Positions 15,756-20,458 of a stretch of 20,458 bases of DNA are shown here, piece after piece; the stretch's first letter is position 1, and each line of letters begins with the position of its first letter. This DNA is from Candidatus Altarchaeum sp. (GTDB taxonomy: Archaea > Altiarchaeota > Altiarchaeia > Altiarchaeales > Altiarchaeaceae): positions 1 through 20,458 of the forward strand of contig JAGWDQ010000137.1 of the NCBI GenBank assembly GCA_018260615.1, given 5' to 3'. The notes below the pieces were generated by a model, which saw only the letters and a list, made by a program, of their open reading frames with translations, was not told the origin of the DNA and did not search any database. The translations under genes were made by a program, and so were the position numbers.

Positions 15756-17106
15756 CATTGACAAGCGTCTGTTTGAAGCGGATATATGGAACACAACAGC
15801 ACACAACTTAATGCTGGCAAAGCAGGGAATAACTGAAAAAGATGTTGCTGTAGAAATAATAAAAAATTTAAATGATGCCTTAGAGGATTTTAAAGAGGGA
15901 AAATTTAAATTTCATCAGGAATTAGAGGATGTGCACATGAATATTGAAAGTTATATTATTTCCAAAGGAGGAGAGAAATGCGGAGCAATGCACACTGCCC
16001 GCAGCAGAAATGACCAGGTTGTTACTGATACGAGAATTCTGACAAGAGAAATAATTCTAAATACAATGGAAAATTTATTAAATTTGTGCAATTCCCTGAC
16101 TGACTTTGCAGAGAGAAGCAATGTTATAATTCCGGGATACACCCATCTGCAGCAGGCGATGCCAACTCTCGCTTCACACTGGATTTTGGCATACACTGAC
16201 GCATTTTTGCGTGACTTTGAACGGTTAAATGACTGTTACAAAAGAACAAATTTATGTCCTCTCGGAAGTGCGGCGTTTGCAGGTACGAGTTTTAACACAG
16301 ACAGAAATTTTACTGCAAAATTGCTCGGCTTTGACGGACTGATTGAGAATTCTCTTGACGGTGTGGCGGGCAGGGACTTCATTGCAGAAATTTTATCGGA
16401 TTTGGCAATTCTGGCATCAAATTTGAGCCGTCTCAGCGAAGAAATAATTTTGTTCAATTCCTATGAATTCGGACTCATTGAAATTTCACCCGAATGGACA
16501 ACAGGAAGCAGTATAATGCCCCAGAAGAAAAATCCGGACATTGCGGAATTAACCCGCGGTAAAACAGGCAGAATTTACGGAGACCTTATCAACATTTTAA
16601 CCATGCTTAAAGGTATTCCCTATTCTTATAACAGAGATATGCAGGAGGATAAATTTCCCCTGTTTGATGCAAGTGACGAAGTAAATTCAATGCTGGAAAT
16701 TTTAACTGAAATGTCAGGGACTATTAAATTTAAAGAGCAGGAACAAATAAATAAGAAATTTTCAGATGAAATTATCGCAACGGACATGGCAAATCTGCTA
16801 GTTATTAAAGGCATTCCATTCAGAAAGGCCTACAACATAGTTAAAGAATGTATCAACAAAAATGATTTTTCCGAAATAAATAAGGTTGCGGGAAATGAAA
16901 TTTCAAAGATTAATGTTGAGAACTGTATAAAATTCAGGAAAAGTACCGGAAGTGCAAGTTATGGTGAAGTTGAGAGAATGCTCGCTGACAGAAAAAAGAA
17001 AACTGAAAAATTTCATAAAATCGTTGAAGAAAAAAGAAAAAGGACTGAAGATGCAAAAATACTAACCTCGCAATATTGCTCTGATGTCTTAAATTTACAG
17101 GTCTAA
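15724..17106 (+). CDS. argH: Argininosuccinate lyase
   Basis: EDVHMNIE, MHTARSRNDQV, PGYTHLQQA, CPLGSAAFAGT, signature TGSSIMPQKKNPDIAEL, YSYNRDMQEDK. Confidence 0.95.
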   Translation: MSLKKFTQSLNIDKRLFEADIWNTTAHNLMLAKQGITEKDVAVEIIKNLNDALEDFKEGKFKFHQELEDVHMNIESYIISKGGEKCGAMHTARSRNDQVVTDTRILTREIILNTMENLLNLCNSLTDFAERSNVIIPGYTHLQQAMPTLASHWILAYTDAFLRDFERLNDCYKRTNLCPLGSAAFAGTSFNTDRNFTAKLLGFDGLIENSLDGVAGRDFIAEILSDLAILASNLSRLSEEIILFNSYEFGLIEISPEWTTGSSIMPQKKNPDIAELTRGKTGRIYGDLINILTMLKGIPYSYNRDMQEDKFPLFDASDEVNSMLEILTEMSGTIKFKEQEQINKKFSDEIIATDMANLLVIKGIPFRKAYNIVKECINKNDFSEINKVAGNEISKINVENCIKFRKSTGSASYGEVERMLADRKKKTEKFHKIVEEKRKRTEDAKILTSQYCSDVLNLQV

Positions 17107-17300
17107 ATTTTTTCAGTTAAAATTCTGTGATTTAACAAGTCAATTGCCACGATTTTATATCCGGTCAAGTCCTTTTCTTCTCCGAACATCTTTCCAAATG
17201 TGATTTTATCATTATCAACATTTACAAATACGACTTCGTCCATAAATTTCTCCATAACTTCGGTTCCTTTGTGAATTATATATATTTCGGATTCACACAT
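17103..17300 (-). CDS. cooT: CooT family nickel-binding protein
   Basis: 65 aa, N-terminal MCES (Met-Cys-Glu), MDEV, MFGEEK and C-terminal IDLLNHRI with the conserved His. Confidence 0.75.
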   Translation of the reverse strand: MCESEIYIIHKGTEVMEKFMDEVVFVNVDNDKITFGKMFGEEKDLTGYKIVAIDLLNHRILTEKI

Positions 17301-17336
17301 ATTCGCATATTTATTTTAAATTTTTGCGTTAAATTT

Positions 17337-18152
17337 TTATTTTAAATTTTTGAGCGCATCTGTAATCTTTATTGCTTTCCAGATTTCCTTGACATCATGA
17401 ACCCTGACAATATCCGCACCATTCATCAGACATATTACAACACTTGCTATTGTTCCTTCAAGCCGTTCTTCCGGGGGAATGTTGTCACTTAAAACTCCGA
17501 TAAATGATTTCCGTGAAGTGCCAGTCAATATCGGACAATTCAAAATTTTAAATTTATCCAGATTTTTAATTATGTTTAAGTTATCTTCAACCCTTTTTCC
17601 AAATCCGATTCCGGGGTCTATAATAATTTTCTTCTTTTTAATTCCACATGCAACGGCAAAATTTAGTCGTTCTTTCAGAAATGATAAAATTTCATCAATT
17701 ACATTATCATAATGCGGATTTAACTGCATCGTCTTTGGCATACCTTTCATGTGCATCAAAACAACATTAACATTATATTTTCTTACGATATCGGCCATTT
17801 TTTCATCGAACCGTAATGCCGAAATATCATTTACAATTGTTGCTCCTGCATTTATCGCCTCTTCCGCAACTATTGCCTTTGTTGTATCTACTGAAATTTT
17901 TGTGATGTTTGTATCTATTTTTTTTGAAATTTCTCTTATTACAGGAATTACACGCTCCAATTCATCCTCAGCCGAAATTTGTTCCGACCCGGGACGAGAT
18001 GATTCCCCTCCAACATCAATAATATCTGCATACCTGCTCATTTCAATCGCACGCTCAACCGCCTTTCTGACATCTGCGTATCTTCCCCCGTCGTAAAACG
18101 AATCGGGAGTAACATTCAAAATCCCCATTATTTTTGTTTTATTGCTTTCCAT
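17337..18152 (-). CDS. folP: Dihydropteroate synthase (bacterial-type FolP)
   Basis: IMGILNVTPDSFYDGG, IIDVGGESSRPG, ISVDT, IVNDISA, VLMHMKG, IIIDPGIGFGK, GTSRKSF, IVRVHDV. Confidence 0.95.
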   Translation of the reverse strand: MESNKTKIMGILNVTPDSFYDGGRYADVRKAVERAIEMSRYADIIDVGGESSRPGSEQISAEDELERVIPVIREISKKIDTNITKISVDTTKAIVAEEAINAGATIVNDISALRFDEKMADIVRKYNVNVVLMHMKGMPKTMQLNPHYDNVIDEILSFLKERLNFAVACGIKKKKIIIDPGIGFGKRVEDNLNIIKNLDKFKILNCPILTGTSRKSFIGVLSDNIPPEERLEGTIASVVICLMNGADIVRVHDVKEIWKAIKITDALKNLK

Positions 18153-18175
18153 TTTAATTCATAACTCAATTAAAA

Positions 18176-18703
18176 ATGGTTCAAAAAATTTTAACATTTT
18201 CATTTATTGCCTTTATTTCACTTGCATCCCTGCTCTTTTTGTATTTTTATTCACTTGAAAATGCAATATATTACTGGAATGTGAATGACAGCGAAGGAAA
18301 TGTATACACTCCTGTTGAATATCTGGCAGATAATATGGAGAAATTTAAAGGAAAAGATATGTATTGCGGAGGATATGTAGAATTAAAGGACAATAAAATT
18401 TTTATTCCTTCTTCAAGCATATTTCCGACAAAGGAAAAAATAAAAACCGAAATTGTAAATCCGGAAAAATTTCAGCTTGAAAACGGAAAGTCCTACGGTT
18501 TTAAGGCAAAGATAATTGATGTTAAAACAGACGGAGATATAAAGACGATAGAAATTTATGCAATTTCTGAAAAATTTCAGCAGTTAATTGACATGCCTTT
18601 TGTGATATTTGAAATTTTATTCAATGTTCCTGCTGTCCTCATTATGCTCTATCTGTTATTAAAATTAAAGCTCAATTTCAAAAAGTTTTTAATCACTCCT
18701 TAA
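18176..18703 (+). CDS. Hypothetical membrane protein (N- and C-terminal TM helices around a beta-rich, possibly OB-fold-like domain)
   Basis: Hydrophobic residues ~5-26 and ~141-163 with a soluble middle. Its stop lies 1 bp before the next gene. Confidence 0.7.
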   Translation: MVQKILTFSFIAFISLASLLFLYFYSLENAIYYWNVNDSEGNVYTPVEYLADNMEKFKGKDMYCGGYVELKDNKIFIPSSSIFPTKEKIKTEIVNPEKFQLENGKSYGFKAKIIDVKTDGDIKTIEIYAISEKFQQLIDMPFVIFEILFNVPAVLIMLYLLLKLKLNFKKFLITP

Positions 18704-18704
18704 A

Positions 18705-19244
18705 ATGCCTGCTATTTTAATCCACATTGCCTTCGGATATATTTTGTATCACCTCATTACACATTTTGAAAAATTTAAAAATTTAAGAGCTCATTATTTT
18801 CTGTTCCTGTTTTTGCTCGGCTCTTTAATTCCGGACATAAAATATTTTGTTGCACACCTGACTTATTTAATTTTCGGAAGTGAAAATTTTGCGGTTTTTT
18901 CATCTCTTGTGGTTACGCACCAGATTTTTGGCTCTTTTCTTGTTGCGTTATTGCTGTCGGCAACTTTATTCAGGAATAAATTTAAAATTTCGCTTGTAAT
19001 TTTGACAATTGGTTTTCTCGGACATTTTCTGCTTGATATTTCACAGTATCCTTTTGCGAGCATAAATCACATGCAATTGCTTTATCCTTTTTCGGCTCAA
19101 ATTTTTTACATAAATCTGGGATTTATCAATGGAATTCAGGTATTTGAGATTTTTCAGTATGTAATTTTAATTGTTGCAATAACTTTATTTATTGCATCAT
19201 TTATCAGAGGTAAAATGCGCAATATTAGCAATAATAGTAAATAA
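18705..19244 (+). CDS. Membrane-bound metal-dependent hydrolase (YdjM-like)
   Basis: N-terminal His (ILIHIAFG), GSLIPDI, THQIFG and GFLGHFLLDI, matching the H...PD...H...H..LD pattern. Confidence 0.8.
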   Translation: MPAILIHIAFGYILYHLITHFEKFKNLRAHYFLFLFLLGSLIPDIKYFVAHLTYLIFGSENFAVFSSLVVTHQIFGSFLVALLLSATLFRNKFKISLVILTIGFLGHFLLDISQYPFASINHMQLLYPFSAQIFYINLGFINGIQVFEIFQYVILIVAITLFIASFIRGKMRNISNNSK

Positions 19245-19930
19245 GTGAAAATGACAACGGAATTTAATAAAACGCTACGGGAAGAAAGTTTGAGAAGTTT
19301 TCGTGAGAAATGAAAATTTATATTCTATACTCAACAACAGCGAAAACTGCGCTTTTTTATAGCACATTTTCAAAGATTTGAAAAACTCAATTTATAGTGG
19401 TGCAAAGTATAGCATCAAAAAGGTTTGAAATGTCTCGTAAAATATCCTAATGTTTATTGATTTTTCAACTTTTTCCAGGTTTAGAAATAATAAAATAATA
19501 ATGTGTAATTGTAATATATAAATAGTCCATGAAAATCAATGTTCAAAGAAAAGACAAAATTATACTCAAAGAAAAACTTTACAATAATAAAATTAAATCT
19601 GACATTCTCAAGTTAATTATTACCCACAAAAAAATAAAAATCAATACCTTAGCTTTTTCAAAAGTGGGTTTTAAAAGTCTATGAAGAAACTTGAAATTTA
19701 ATTTAATGTAAAATTAATTTAATATGAATGCCGGGTTAGTTTATAGTGGCAAAGTCTAAAGACGACCCTCTTAATAAATAGGCCAATTTAATTTAAGCAC
19801 ACAAGAATACGTCAATGCTGCTAAAAATAAGTTTTGATAAAGTTTTTTCAGATGAAATTCGCAATCCAAAGCGTTATTATGGAATTTGTAGTTTGGGGAT
19901 TTATAGAGGAAATTTATAAAAATTTATAAA

Positions 19931-20458
19931 ATGTTTGATAATTTACTCACTAAAGAAAATATATGGGGTTATCTAAATATTGTTGTAGCGTATTTGCTGT
20001 TTTTTCCAATTCCTGAAGATTTTATTAACTTCAAATTTGTTATCTTGACTTTTGGTTGTTTGATTATTTTTTCTGAAATATCGTCACTTAAAATGTTACA
20101 TAAATTTTTATTTAAAAGATTACTCGCTATTTCAGAGATAGAATTAAGAAAGATTAATCCAAAATATGATTTTGATGATATTAAAAAAGAAGATAAGGAC
20201 GAAATTGATAAAATAGATAAATATTTTTTAAAGCACTCTACTAAATTCAGCAACATACTCTTAATCATATTTATGTTTATAATTTTAGCTTTTTTTCAAC
20301 TGTTAGGGATATCTCAAATTAAACTGATATTTGTGTTTCAAAACTTTAACATTTATTCACAATATATAATTGTTGCATTTTTAATTATAAATACTATATT
20401 AGCCTATAGCGTCAGAACTCCGTTGGATTCTCGCATGAACGCTTCAACCCCTTCTTTT
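19931..20458 (+). CDS. Hypothetical membrane protein, partial (runs off the window end; not in the ORF track)
   Basis: Manual translation gives 176 stop-free codons from ATG 19931: MFDNLLTKENIWGYLNIVVAYLLFFPIPEDF...KFSNILLIIFMFIILAFFQLLG...AYSVRTPLDSRMNASTPSF, with several hydrophobic segments. Confidence 0.65.
   Translation, partial: MFDNLLTKENIWGYLNIVVAYLLFFPIPEDFINFKFVILTFGCLIIFSEISSLKMLHKFLFKRLLAISEIELRKINPKYDFDDIKKEDKDEIDKIDKYFLKHSTKFSNILLIIFMFIILAFFQLLGISQIKLIFVFQNFNIYSQYIIVAFLIINTILAYSVRTPLDSRMNASTPSF

Noticed and set aside
11102-17106. Two fumarase/aspartase-superfamily lyases (aspA-like, argH) near each other as a pathway cluster
   Set aside because: They are on opposite strands, separated by unrelated genes, and both are ordinary housekeeping enzymes.
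19529-19684. 51-codon Lys/Ile-rich ORF (MKINVQRKDK...)
   Set aside because: Short, composition mirrors AT-rich DNA and no motif is recognisable, so it cannot be supported.
19730-19770. tRNA-like 5' half (GCCGGGTTAGTTTA..GTGGCAAA) or c-di-GMP-I riboswitch-like GGCAAA...GAC
   Set aside because: No anticodon arm, T-arm (GTTCRA) or acceptor 3' strand, and the riboswitch second stem is missing. Kept only as a low-interest motif.
19969-20268. 99-aa minus-strand ORF
   Set aside because: Lies wholly within the longer + strand frame starting at 19931, which has the more protein-like composition.

Overview
AT-rich archaeal genomic window. Archaeal identity rests on exosome Rrp41, FEN1 with a C-terminal PIP box, and Lrp/AsnC; the lineage cannot be fixed from sequence alone. 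Housekeeping or metabolic genes (rrp41, manC, fen, lrp, aspA-like lyase, trmO/tsaA, DJ-1/PfpI, argH, cooT, folP) are interleaved with accessory, possibly defence-related modules. These are an HD-domain dGTPase paired with a nucleoside 2-deoxyribosyltransferase-like gene, an Xre-ImmA/IrrE metallopeptidase paired with a DUF4411 PIN-like gene, a TIR plus 10xTPR protein, a decayed antitoxin-like gene and an orphan beta-class DNA methyltransferase. Manual reading found structure not in the ORF track: (i) a 234-bp MITE-like element with 16-bp perfect terminal inverted repeats and a 6-bp target duplication that has rewritten the C-terminus of the TIR-TPR gene; (ii) near-identical 102-bp TPR repeats whose variation concentrates at predicted ligand-facing positions; (iii) a modular REP-like repeat family (a 19-24 bp motif plus a 12-bp-stem hairpin) at 1-145 and 14707-14855; (iv) a diverged dead copy of the argH 5' end that, with the live argH start, brackets the methyltransferase; (v) a possible rrp42 stub at a rearrangement junction; and (vi) an unlisted membrane-protein ORF running off the right end. 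No rRNA, convincing tRNA, CRISPR array, integrase or transposase gene was seen. All family calls come from motif recognition, not database searches.
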